64,000 nt of DNA from Rhodothermales bacterium (GTDB lineage: Bacteria > Bacteroidota > Rhodothermia > Rhodothermales > Bin80), in NCBI GenBank assembly GCA_963663495.1, contig OY760427.1:5586170-5650169 (forward strand), given 5' to 3'. Both the position numbers and the translations under genes were made by a program. A model generated the notes under the pieces. It worked only from the letters and a program-made list of their open reading frames with translations, searched no databases and was not told the DNA's origin. Each line of letters begins with the position of its first letter. Position 1 is the first letter of the stretch. Below are positions 9,100 to 19,297 of the stretch, one piece after another.

Positions 9100-11421
9100 T
9101 TATATGAACCCAGATGAATTCCCGTGCGAACATGCACTCAATTGTTCGTCTCTTACCTCGTATCCCAATTCGTATCCCAATGTCATTAGGTGTAACCTCT
9201 CTAGGCCACGCCACATGATCTGGTAACCCACCGGTCCATCACGAGTGCGGTTCTGATAACCGCCGAGCACCGCTACGATCAGGATAGCAGCTCCCAAAGT
9301 ACTGGGCTTCGGCAGCTTTACCCGTGCTGCATATCCATCCAAGAATCGCAGCTCCATCTCCGTGAAAAAGACATCCGCGTCCAGCTCCGGCACCTCCCGA
9401 CCCAATTGCACCAAGGTCATGACGCGCCAGGATATCACACAATACATCGTTATTGCTCGCTGCAGACGCAACGAGGTACGCAGACCCAAACGCTCTACCT
9501 TGCACCCGCTCTTGAGCACGCGGAAGAAGTCTTCCACCCGCCACCGCTTGAGATACATTGCCAACACCCGCCGTGCATCCGCTACGCTCCCTACCTCCAT
9601 GCTGGTCAATAGCATCCACTCCACCGGCGGCGCATCCCCCGGAGGCTCCACCTCCAACACATGCACCCCGTACATCACCACCGGCTCCTCCTCGTTCTTC
9701 GGATCCGGCAACAAGAACCTCCCGTAGCGTACCTCCGCATTGACCATCCGGTAACTGCGACCCTTCCGTGCCTGCTTGCGCGCCTGCTTCTTGCGCGCCG
9801 TCACCCGCTGTATCTCTATCTCCACATTCCCCGGAGCCTTACCACTGCGCATTACCGCAAACAGCTTGCGATCATCCAACAGCTTGCGATCATGCTTCGC
9901 TCGTATCAATACCTCCGCCTTACCCTGTCTGCGCTGCTCGGCAAACATAGCAAAGCTGTCCGCCTCCCGGTCCGCAACACAGATCACCTGCGTCTCGCCG
10001 GACAGCTCCTCCGCCGCCTCGCATATATCCTTGAACCCGTCTATCCACTGCTGCGTCCGCGGAGCATGCGGACCCTCCTCCGGATCCTTGAAGCTGCCAC
10101 GCAACACCCCCAACGTCAATCCATCCTCCGTCACCACCAGCGTCGCATGCAACGGCAACCCCAGCGTCTTCGCCGTCGTCTGATTACTCCCTATTACCTC
10201 CAAATCCGTACACGCCGGCCGCGTACTGTACCGCAACTTCGTCGTGTCCTGGATGCATAACACGGTCTCCTGACTACGCATGCGCTCTATCGTACGCCCA
10301 CGATGCGGCGCCAATATGTTCTCCGGCGTTACCGTTTTGTCCTTCTTGCTCTCCAATAACCGGTAATGCCCCTTCACCGCCGCGCGGTCCGCATCCGTAT
10401 GCGCGGTAATGCTGTGGCCTATCACATCGGCCAACATGGACGTACTCTTTACCAGTCGCACAGACAACCGCCTGTCTCCCAATGGCGCTCCGCCAAACTC
10501 CGTTTCGGCCCACTGCGCACTGTCAATCCCCTCGTGCGGATCCCTCACCGGACGCAACTCCTCCTCCGGTTCCCCCAAGGTCCCGCGCCATTCTTTGTCC
10601 AACTCGTATACATACAGCCCCTTGGGATCCTCTTCCTTTGCCTCCTTGTGCCGCTTTCCGCCTGCGGTATGGCCGATCAATACAAAATTGTTCACCTCAA
10701 AACACGCTCCTTCCCCTTGGGGATCCACATACGTTTCGACAACCCAGGGACGGTAACAGTACCGTGCCTGAAAATCATCCGCCAACCGTCTCAATACCTT
10801 ACCCAGTACATGGCTGGCCAAATCCTGACACTGCCCCCGTATCAGAAAACGACTCAAACACACCACACGGTGCAAATGCGCCTTGCGCTGCTCATCACTC
10901 CACGCCATCCAGTGCTCTCTGGGCGCCAGGCACAACGCCGCCGCCGAAAATCCCACCGCTCCCAGGTAACCATGGGCACTGCCTATCAGATAGCGTACCT
11001 GCGCTCCCACAAATGTGGTCGTACGCCTCGGATGCTCAAAGTGCAGCAACGTGTTCCACACCATACGCTGCTCGTCCGTCTCAACCAACTCAATCGTCAA
11101 CCCCCGGACACCGTGTACCGTGCCCGGTAACGCTATCGGATCCGGTACCCGCTCCTCGCGCCTACGCGGTTCCGCCTTAGCCGCATTACAATTCTCGGGC
11201 TTGGGCAACACAATCCTCCCCCGGGCCTCCAACTTCGATAAAGCCTGCGCACAGTTGCTCACCTGCGGTTCGCCCCGTGCATCAACAAACCCGAACTCTT
11301 CACAGACAGCGCGCGCTATCTGCGTGCGAAACCGCCAACGATCGTCGGCAAGAACCCTGTCCAAACGCTCTCCATTGCAGGGAGCGGTGAGCGTTCGTAA
11401 GACCTGACTTCGCTGAAGCAT
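9100..11421 (-). CDS. DUF4338 (DruA-like) domain fused to an IS4/Tn5-type transposase
   Basis: N-terminal VGAQVRYLI/HRVVCLSRFLI/PWVVETYVD block. C-terminal WAETEFGGAPLGDRRL, LCIQDTT, VADREAD and YLKRWRVEDFFRVLKSG (Y-R-E-K). Confidence 0.88.
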   Translation of the reverse strand: MLQRSQVLRTLTAPCNGERLDRVLADDRWRFRTQIARAVCEEFGFVDARGEPQVSNCAQALSKLEARGRIVLPKPENCNAAKAEPRRREERVPDPIALPGTVHGVRGLTIELVETDEQRMVWNTLLHFEHPRRTTTFVGAQVRYLIGSAHGYLGAVGFSAAALCLAPREHWMAWSDEQRKAHLHRVVCLSRFLIRGQCQDLASHVLGKVLRRLADDFQARYCYRPWVVETYVDPQGEGACFEVNNFVLIGHTAGGKRHKEAKEEDPKGLYVYELDKEWRGTLGEPEEELRPVRDPHEGIDSAQWAETEFGGAPLGDRRLSVRLVKSTSMLADVIGHSITAHTDADRAAVKGHYRLLESKKDKTVTPENILAPHRGRTIERMRSQETVLCIQDTTKLRYSTRPACTDLEVIGSNQTTAKTLGLPLHATLVVTEDGLTLGVLRGSFKDPEEGPHAPRTQQWIDGFKDICEAAEELSGETQVICVADREADSFAMFAEQRRQGKAEVLIRAKHDRKLLDDRKLFAVMRSGKAPGNVEIEIQRVTARKKQARKQARKGRSYRMVNAEVRYGRFLLPDPKNEEEPVVMYGVHVLEVEPPGDAPPVEWMLLTSMEVGSVADARRVLAMYLKRWRVEDFFRVLKSGCKVERLGLRTSLRLQRAITMYCVISWRVMTLVQLGREVPELDADVFFTEMELRFLDGYAARVKLPKPSTLGAAILIVAVLGGYQNRTRDGPVGYQIMWRGLERLHLMTLGYELGYEVRDEQLSACSHGNSSGFI

Positions 11422-11699
11422 GCCACAACATAAAAAACAAGTAGCAAAATGTCAAATACATGAAGTGGTAGGATGGCAGTGGAAGCGGCGCAGGAAGAGA
11501 TCGCGTATCCGCACGAGAGGACGGCATTATTCACCTCAAGTCACACACCATACCTGTCAGGTCGAAATACCCGAGATATTCCGACAGCCATGCCAGCGAG
11601 AGTTGACCAGAACTGACGAACAATCGAACCGTGTTGGATGATTTATGGGGGAAGGGCAGCGGTAGCCACACAAAATAGAGACACTCGGCGACCTTAAAC

Positions 11700-11729
11700 A
11701 TGATGTGGGGCTGGCCAGCCCCACATCAT
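11700..11729. repeat. Perfect 30-bp palindrome
   Basis: ATGATGTGGGGCTGG|CCAGCCCCACATCAT. Confidence 0.9.
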
Positions 11730-11788
11730 TAATCCCCCTGACATCTCACCCTATATCGCTACTCCTGAAAGATACAGGGGGGAGTTAA

Positions 11789-12050
11789 ATGCCTTGGGCT
11801 GCATGATTCATGTGCCTGTCCGCCCTCCACACTGCTCCGATTCTCCTACCCCAACATCCATGGATTTTGTCCCCAAAGGCGCAGGTTACTGACTGCATTC
11901 GGCCGCCCGGAAGATAGGCTGCACATCACTCCGCCATTCCCAGATCGGCACCCCAAACGCGGAGTATGATCACCTTGCACTAAACTCCACAAGCAGACTA
12001 CGCAGACCAACCCCAAGCCTGCCCTACCATGTACTTCACCGGACGCATAC
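11789..12050 (-). mobile_element. IS66 left-end fragment (diverged variant)
   Basis: TIR ATGTACTTCACCGGACGCATAC ends at 12050. Body is similar to the reverse complement of 6339-6600. Confidence 0.85.
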
Positions 12051-13303
12051 CCCGAAACGGTTAGTGCACACCGCAATATCACATACAGGCTGTTGCCCGA
12101 AAGTCGGAGTAACGCCAAGCAACTTGCTGGATTAGCGGGTGCGTGTAGGTTTGTGTGGAATGCCATCCTCGCAGAGCAGAGCGAGGCGTACAAGAAAGCG
12201 AAAGAGGCTGGAGAGAAGCCGCCCTCGGTAAGCTTCTTCTCGCTGGGGAAGCGGTTCACGGCGCTGCGCCGCACGGTCGAGTGGCTACCTGAATACTCCT
12301 TTGGTGTCGTTAGATACACATTGAAATATCAGGCGGATGCATGGAAGGCATTCTTCAAGGAGGGTAAGAGAAGACCGAGATTCCATTCCAGACGTGGTAG
12401 TACGCCTTCGTTCACGATCCCGGATTACGTAAGGGTTCGGGATGGCAAGCTGTATATCCCGAAAGTGGGATATATGGCGCTCCGCAGGCGGGGAGGCAAC
12501 CCGTACCCTGATGGTATACCCGTCAAAGCCACGGTAAAGAAGAACGCCGGCAAAGGGTATGCTGTCATCTGCTACAAGATGGAGGCACCTGTAATAGAGG
12601 ATACCGGCGGTGCTGTAGGCATTGACCGTAATTGCGGGCAGGTCGCTATGGTCTCCACAGAGGGCGATACAAGCATTATCAGACAACCGGATACCAAGCG
12701 TCTTGATGCCAAGTTGAAGCGGCATCAGCGAAGACTGGCGAGACAGAAGAAAGGCTCCAACCGTCGTAACAGGCGGAAGCATAGAATCGCCCGCATACAG
12801 CGCAAGCGTGCTAACGTCCTCAAGAATGCGAACCACCAGGTAAGTCGCAGTATTGCCAATTGCTCCTCAACGGTGATACTGGAGGACCTGAAGATCAAAG
12901 CGATGACATGTTCAGCTAAGGGGACGATGGAGAGCTTTGGCACAAACGTCAAACAGAAGTCTGGCCTCAACCGTGGGATACTGCGAACAGGTTGGGGCCA
13001 GCTGGAACAGATGCTGGGCTATAAGTGCCGCAAGGTGATAAAGGTTACCGCTGCCTATACGAGTCAGCGGTGTTCTGTGTGTGGGCACACAGAAGCGAGT
13101 AACCGTAAGACACGGAGCAAATTCACGTGTATGTCCTGTGGACATGCGGATCATGCAGACCTGAATGAGGCTGCAAACATACTGGCCTCCGGGATTGGGG
13201 CTTCTGCACGGCGAGGGGCGTTCGGGTTACCGACCCCTATGACCCGTGAAATTGATACTAGTGCCTCACTGTGTACAGTTGGTCACTCACGTATACATTT
13301 CCC
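12051..13303 (+). mobile_element. tnpB: TnpB cassette copy 1 (start codon and left TIR removed by IS66; right TIR degenerate)
   Basis: LAGACRFVWN, RuvC motifs GIDRN, ILEDL and HADLN, and a CSVC/CMSC zinc finger. Begins at codon 2 (CCC GAA ACG). The end GTATACATTTCCC (13291-13303) has lost the TAA, so the ORF reads through to 13499. Confidence 0.9.
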
Positions 13304-13425
13304 CAATGTAACATCTCGCGAACGTAATCATTTCCTGTCCGCAGGGAACGGGAAACTATGCCGTCGGTTACCACGCGTGTGCTGCTGGCTGGCTAAGTTA
13401 AAATCAATCCGAGGAGGTAGAAAGT

Positions 13426-15804
13426 ATGCGTATAATGCTAAGCGTACTGCTCATGTATATGTGCGCCATTGCAGCGCAGGCGCAAGGTATCGCCGTTAAG
13501 TCACTGCAGGTACCAAGTGAGCATGCTGTTTCAGGATCCACGGAAGCCGTCCATCCTACGGAATGGCTGATAGAGCAAGCGCGCTTGCAAGGAACCCTCC
13601 GGGTGGAGAAGAATTTGGCAGACCGGACGGGTTCCGATGTGCCTGCCGATATCGGGGATCGCAAGGAGTTCAAAGTGCTCAGCTTCATAACGAGGGATGT
13701 GGAGCTGATTGAGTTTGAGCTCACGGTTATAGATGAATCCGTCCCCCCGCGGTTCCAGGTATGGGTGGAGGTGGCTGAGCTGGAAAGCGATCGCTTTCCC
13801 GAGGACTCCGTAAACGAATTTGTTGACTACCTGGGAACACAAACACCAGCGGGGTCCTGGAACGCGGACGAGGGAATCGTCAGCAACATGAAGAAGGTTT
13901 TTGGCGACCCGCCAGATGTAGACGGCGATGGAATCACCGAATTTCTGATACTGGACATTCGAGATAATTGGAACGGCACGACGGTAACAAGCTATGTTCC
14001 TACCTTCGTATTTCCGCAAGACCTGCAGAGTACAGGCAACGGTAATGGTGCGGACATCGTTTATGTTGACGCGTACCCGGGACTGTCGCGCGTAGGCTCC
14101 GATAGGATTTCTGGCTTTGTCACCCGAGAGCTCGCAGCGCTCGTTATGATCAACCATAATCCCGGGGAGATTCCGTTTGTCCGCAGCGGCGTGGTATATT
14201 GGGCGCCCGTAGCGCTGGGGTTTGCCGCGAGCGACATGGAGTATTTGAGTCATGCGGATCGGTATAATCGGGGCATGTACGACTATGACCGCATGTTTGG
14301 CGAATTCACGGATCTAAGGCGCGGCGAGCTGTTTCTGAACTATATCGCCGACCAGTTTGGCATACTGAATGCCGGAAGCATTGCCCGCGTCGATGGCACC
14401 GGTTCCAGCGGGTTGCGCACTGCCTTGGAGGAGATGGAGGCCGGCATTGAGCTTGAGGAGCTGGTGGAGAATTTTCATGCCGCGAATGGGCTGAATTTCC
14501 CTGTGCCCCCCCAATACGGGTACACCACCACGGCGCGGTCCGGCGTTCGCGCTGGTGCTGATCCCGTAATTGATGGTGCGGTGGGATCGGCAACTCCTGC
14601 GACGAGCGTAGCTGTGGAGGCGGGTGGGGTTGCCTATGTTGAATGGAACAACGTTGAGGATTTTTCTCTTTCCGTTACTCTTGGTGCAACAAACGACGCC
14701 GATAGCTACGACATTCGGGCGGTCATTTTCGCGGTTTCGCAAGGGCAGGACCTGACAGCGTTTGTCAGGTCGGAAGTGCCTTCGGAAGATATCAGTTTTG
14801 ATGGTAAGTACGAGCGGGTATTGCTCGTTCTGGCACATACTATACCAGATGGGGGGCAGGGCACTGTAAGCTACTCAGCCGAGTGGGAGCCGGTACCGCA
14901 GGGTTCAACGGTTGACATTGTGTATGACTCCGGTAGTACCGTGGAAGGGACCCTTTTTTCAATATCTGAAAATAACGGCCCCGCGTCACAGCAATCAGCC
15001 ACGCAGTTCAATACGCCGAAGCTGGACGGTCAGGTAGCGAAGCTGGATCGTGTTTGGTTGTCTCACTTGTACCTCAGCCAATTTAGTACTAATACCGGAG
15101 TGCCGAGAACTGCCCCGCGAGACTTTGAGCTCATTGTTTGGGGCCCTGGAAGCGACGACCGCCCCGGCGGTGTTCTCTTCCGGCAAGAAATGGAAGATAC
15201 CCGGCCGTTTATGCCCGGGACACTTAACCTGCAGCTTCTGGAAATAGATATGACGCCTTATGTTGACCCTATCGGCCCGCTACCAGACACAATTTATATC
15301 GGTACGGCGGAGGTGGGGTCGGATGTAAATTATCATGTATTCGCACCCTCCCCCCATGACGGTGCGATGAAGAATCATTCATTCATTTACCAGTCGGTTA
15401 ATGGCGAGTGGCGACCCTTGTGGGATGTGCAGTTAAGCGACAGTGCCCCCGACCTCCTGGAAGGCTTTGTATTGGGCACGAGAGCCCGGTTTCGGTTTCA
15501 TAGTACGACGGACGTAGGCGTAGCGACGAGCGAAGTGCCGGAGGGAGCGCGATTAGATAATAATTACCCGAACCCATTCAATGAGGTAACACGAATCACC
15601 TACACACTGGATCAGCACGGCCCGGTGCACTTGTCCGTGATGGACCTGTTGGGCAGAAGGATTGAAGTTCTGGTGAATGCGGAGCAGGGTCCAGGGGAAC
15701 ATCAAGTAGATTTTGATGGCGCGCACCTGTCAAATGGCGTATACATTTATCGGCTGGAGCATGCAGGCCGGGTGGAGGCGCACAGGATGGTGCTCGTTCG
15801 ATAA
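13426..15804 (+). CDS. Secreted T9SS type A sorting domain protein with a degenerate metallopeptidase-like domain
   Basis: Signal peptide (..AIAAQA/QG). C-terminal NYPNPFN...LSNGVYIYRLE. Central DVDGDG and ILDIRD motifs resemble M6/M30-like peptidases. Confidence 0.85.
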   Translation: MRIMLSVLLMYMCAIAAQAQGIAVKSLQVPSEHAVSGSTEAVHPTEWLIEQARLQGTLRVEKNLADRTGSDVPADIGDRKEFKVLSFITRDVELIEFELTVIDESVPPRFQVWVEVAELESDRFPEDSVNEFVDYLGTQTPAGSWNADEGIVSNMKKVFGDPPDVDGDGITEFLILDIRDNWNGTTVTSYVPTFVFPQDLQSTGNGNGADIVYVDAYPGLSRVGSDRISGFVTRELAALVMINHNPGEIPFVRSGVVYWAPVALGFAASDMEYLSHADRYNRGMYDYDRMFGEFTDLRRGELFLNYIADQFGILNAGSIARVDGTGSSGLRTALEEMEAGIELEELVENFHAANGLNFPVPPQYGYTTTARSGVRAGADPVIDGAVGSATPATSVAVEAGGVAYVEWNNVEDFSLSVTLGATNDADSYDIRAVIFAVSQGQDLTAFVRSEVPSEDISFDGKYERVLLVLAHTIPDGGQGTVSYSAEWEPVPQGSTVDIVYDSGSTVEGTLFSISENNGPASQQSATQFNTPKLDGQVAKLDRVWLSHLYLSQFSTNTGVPRTAPRDFELIVWGPGSDDRPGGVLFRQEMEDTRPFMPGTLNLQLLEIDMTPYVDPIGPLPDTIYIGTAEVGSDVNYHVFAPSPHDGAMKNHSFIYQSVNGEWRPLWDVQLSDSAPDLLEGFVLGTRARFRFHSTTDVGVATSEVPEGARLDNNYPNPFNEVTRITYTLDQHGPVHLSVMDLLGRRIEVLVNAEQGPGEHQVDFDGAHLSNGVYIYRLEHAGRVEAHRMVLVR

Positions 15805-15870
15805 GTGGCTGCTCGGGAATTCTTGACCAGCGTCGCGCGACAGTACCTGCACTAATGCTCGGACGTTGAT

Positions 15871-16317
15871 GTGGCTCGCATCATTAGGACGGAGAACACC
15901 CCTGCCAAGACTCGCAATGCGTGCATGAGGTCGTGCGCCGAGGTGCTACGACTGCTGGCTCTGAGGATGGGATTTGATGATGAGGCAAGAGATATGACCG
16001 CTTTCGTCATTGTGAACCTGCGCCGTATATACTGTACGATAGACGATAGTGCACAAGTGTGGGAGGAGCGTAGGTATTGGAAAAAGGCAGAGGCGCTCCG
16101 GGAGCGATGGCGTTGGAGCCGCATCACGGCAGACAAACTTGATGCGCTGGTACGGAAAGAGCATTGGGACCAGGTGCCTGAGGAACTTGTTGGACTGATC
16201 CCTCACTTCCAAGGCATCACGGTCACGACCATAACGAGGAATTCCGACTGGTGGTGCGGTGCGCTGCAGGCGTTACTTTCAGATAATCCATCCAGGTCAG
16301 GTGATGCCTTGGCGTAA
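15871..16317 (+). CDS. Hypothetical protein
   Basis: 148-aa ORF with protein-like composition, in line with the upstream gene. Confidence 0.7.
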   Translation: MARIIRTENTPAKTRNACMRSCAEVLRLLALRMGFDDEARDMTAFVIVNLRRIYCTIDDSAQVWEERRYWKKAEALRERWRWSRITADKLDALVRKEHWDQVPEELVGLIPHFQGITVTTITRNSDWWCGALQALLSDNPSRSGDALA

Positions 16318-16754
16318 CGCCGTATCACAGTCACCACCATCGTCCTCATTGCAGGAAAAAGAAGTGCCAGTCACGCATAGTCCACCGGGTTGGAGGGGCT
16401 TTCCAGTGGTGAAAAATGCCAAGTACGCATGGTGTTCGGGAAACCAGATGCCCTGGGTACTGCGAAAGCCTTGCGCAAAGCTGGCCGCGCCCAGCGCACA
16501 AAAAAGCTCCGTTATATCAGCGGACAGTTTACGCTTTTGGACCCGCATTCTGCCCGTTGCTGTATTCTTATGCCATGGCAGCTACGGATGCCTTCAATCC
16601 AGCCCCGCGTTGCATCGCCTCAGGATATTCGTGCATCAAGGGCCGAACTGGTTCACCCTCAGTGCTTGGAGCGGAATGTGCCGTCATGCAGGATGTCCCT
16701 TTAGTACCGTAATACACAAGGCGCATGGCCACCACGCACAGTTGAATCCGAATA

Positions 16755-16922
16755 ATGGAAGCAGGACCAGGTACTATCCTTGTAGCCCCTCCCATGGCGC
16801 ACGATCCGAACTTCTTCCAGATCGTGGTACTCGTCTGTGAGCACGGGCAAGATGGCAGGTTTGGCTTGATCCTCAGTCGCCCTTTATCAATTGATCTTTC
16901 GGACATCGTAGAAGGTAATAAA
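16755..16922 (+). pseudogene. YqgE/AlgH family protein, 5' part, interrupted by TnpB cassette copy 2
   Basis: GTILVAPPMAHDPNFFQIVVLVCEHGQDGRFGLILSRP. Truncated at the TIR at 16923. Confidence 0.85.
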
Positions 16923-17663
16923 GGGAATTATATACGTGAGTGACCAACTGTACACAGTGAGGCACTAGTATCAATTTCACGGGTCATAGGGGTCGGTAAC
17001 CCGAACGCCCCTCGCCGTGCAGAAGCCCCAATCCCGGAGGCCAGTACGTTTGCAGCCACATTCAGGTCTGCATGATCCGCATGTCCACAGGACATACACA
17101 TGAATTTGCTCCGTATCGTACGGTTACTTGCTTCTGTGTGCCCACACACAGAACACCGCTGACTGGTATAGGCAGCGGTAACCTTCATCACCTTGCGGCA
17201 CTTATGCTCAGCATCCTGATCCAGCTGGCCCCAACCTGTTCGCAGTATTCCACGGTTGAGGCCAGACTTCTGTTTGACGTTTGTGCCAAAGCTCTCCATC
17301 GTTCCTTAGCTGAACGTGTCATCGCTTTGATCTTTAGGTCCTCGAGTATCACCGTTGAGGAGCAATTGGCAATACTGCGACTTGCCTGATGGTTCGCATT
17401 CTTGAGGACATTAGCACGCTTGCGCTGTATGCGGGCGATTCTATGCTTCCGTCTGTTACGACGGTTGGAGCCTTTCTACTGTCTCGCCAGTCTTCGCTGA
17501 TGCCGCTTCAACTTGGCATCAAGACGCTTGGTATCCGGTTGTCTGATAATGCTTGTATCGCCCTCTGTGGAGACCATAGCGACCTGCCCGCAATCACGGT
17601 CAATGCCTACAGCACCGCCGGTATCCTCTATTACAGGTGCCTCCATCTTGTAGCAGATGACAG
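16923..17663 (-). mobile_element. tnpB: TnpB cassette copy 2 (3' half, pseudogene)
   Basis: TIR GGGAATTATATAC at 16923-16935. RuvC and zinc-finger region has an internal stop. 5' half is replaced by the IS66 right end at 17664. Confidence 0.9.
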
Positions 17664-19245
17664 GTATCCGGCCGGTGAAGTACATTATAACCGAGGGTAT
17701 TTACTCTCTCAATTAGAGTAAGTTAGAGCGCGGTTCGAAGGTTTATAGGCTAGCGTCGGTTGGGCGTGCAGGAGTCAAGTACCTGACAGCGTATTCGCAG
17801 ACCCGTACACGGATCTATCGGATGACCCGGGCGCGCCTGTTTAGGGGCTCCTATGCCGCTTTCTTGACGGTAGCTTGCTGCAAGTCCCGACTAGCTTTCC
17901 AATGATGGGGCAAGAGTTCAGCCATGCGGTCGGCAGGATGTGTCGGAAGACGGCGTAGTACGTCGGTAAGCCATTCAATCGGGTTTATCGATTGCAACTT
18001 GCATGTGGCAAAAAGAGCGTACAGTACTGCGGACCGCTGCGCTGCCGCATGCGATCCCGCAAACAGATGGTTTTTTCGACCAAGCGCGATCGCCCGCATC
18101 TGGTTCTCGACCAGATTATTATCGATCTCAACCTTGCCGTCTTCCAGGTAACAAGCCAGCTTCTCCCACCTGTTGAGCATGTACCCCACGGCTTCATCCC
18201 ATCCCGCACTCGGCCGGTGCTCACGACTCTCCTCAAGCCATGGCTTCAACTTCTCCAGTACCGGTCGTGCCTCCTCCTGTCGTACCTCCACACGCCGAGC
18301 CGGACCAGCTCCCAGCTCCCTCCTTACGCAACCCACGCTCTATCGCATACAACTGCCGGATTTCCTCCATTACATGGCGCACCTTCTTGGGCTCCTTTTT
18401 CCTGCAGTCATAAAACTTGCGACGCGCACGCGCCATACATCCAAACAGCGTTATCCCGCCCCGCGTACCAAACGCATCGTACACCACATACCCGTCGGTT
18501 TGCATCGCCCCTCTATATCCGTGCAAGAATTCCCACGGTCCAGCGCGCGCACGGCTCGGGCTGTAATCCATCATCACCACCTTCGCCCGCGGTGCCAGGT
18601 ATACCCAAAGATAGCCGCGATGCGTCTTTCCGTTCTTCTTCGGCTTTTGCACCGGGAATGTTGTCTCATCCACCTGCAGATACCCGCTACGAAGCACCTC
18701 CTTACGCAATGCATCTCCTAACGGACCCAGATACGTCGCTACCTTTGCAATCCAATCCCCCATTGTAGCAGCCGATAGCTTCACGCCATGGGTATAGCGG
18801 CATATGATCGACATATTTGGCTACCGCCAAATACGCCAACAACCCCGGACCCGCCTTCCCCTTCGGTATGACACGCTTCGGCAACGGCGCTATGACCACC
18901 CCCTTGCGAGGCTCTTTGCAGACTACGTACTTCGGCCGCACAATCTGTACTACCCTCGTGAAGCCCGGCACATATTCCAGGTACTCCGTTACTTCCTCGC
19001 CGATGTACTTCATACCCTCGGTGCTGCCCTCCGGCTCAAGGCGGATCACCTCTCTGGGCAGATGGTCCGGAATCGGCCCGCGCACCGGCTTGTTCTTCCC
19101 ACGCCGCTTGCACTTTACCAGGACATACTCCTCCTCCTCCGGCTCAACAGCTACTGGTTCCTCTCCAAACAACCGGCCTTGCTGCGCATTGTCCGCCGGC
19201 GTGTAACGCTCACTCTTCTTGCCAGAGAGTAGGCGATGCGCTTGT
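17664..19245 (-). mobile_element. IS66 copy, right end plus frameshifted tnpC; left end lost
   Basis: TIR GTATCCGGCCGGTGAAGTACAT at 17664. Indels relative to 6584-8221 near 18310 and 18790. Truncated at 19245. Confidence 0.9.
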
Positions 19246-19297
19246 CCTAACTTCGCCATTCCGTAGGTTAGTAACACTACGAAATGGCGAAGTTAGG
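19246..19297. mobile_element. 52-bp miniature element made of IS1634-type ends
   Basis: 15-bp TIR CCTAACTTCGCCATT and AATGGCGAAGTTAGG. The right 31 bp match the IS1634 end at 58449-58479 with 2 mismatches. Confidence 0.7.

Larger units (their letters stand above)
8588..11659 (-). mobile_element. IS4-family (IS50/Tn5-like) element with 179-bp terminal inverted arms
   Basis: Ends read CTGCCCT..CCCATAAATCATCCA. Arms are 8588-8766 and 11481-11659. 8-bp TSD CGGTAGCC at 8580-8587 and 11660-11667. Confidence 0.9.

Noticed and set aside
11776-11795. GGGAGTTAAATGCC as another ISNwi-type end
   Set aside because: Two mismatches to the MITE end, no partner end or TSD, and part of it is explained by IS66 sequence.
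13296-13499. C-terminal extension of the 468-aa TnpB ORF as a novel fused domain
   Set aside because: It is read-through caused by loss of the TAA in the mutated TIR; the other two copies stop at ...GHSRI.
16259-16754. Overlapping 80-190 aa ORFs between the hypothetical gene and yqgE
   Set aside because: None has convincing protein features, so I could not choose a real frame.
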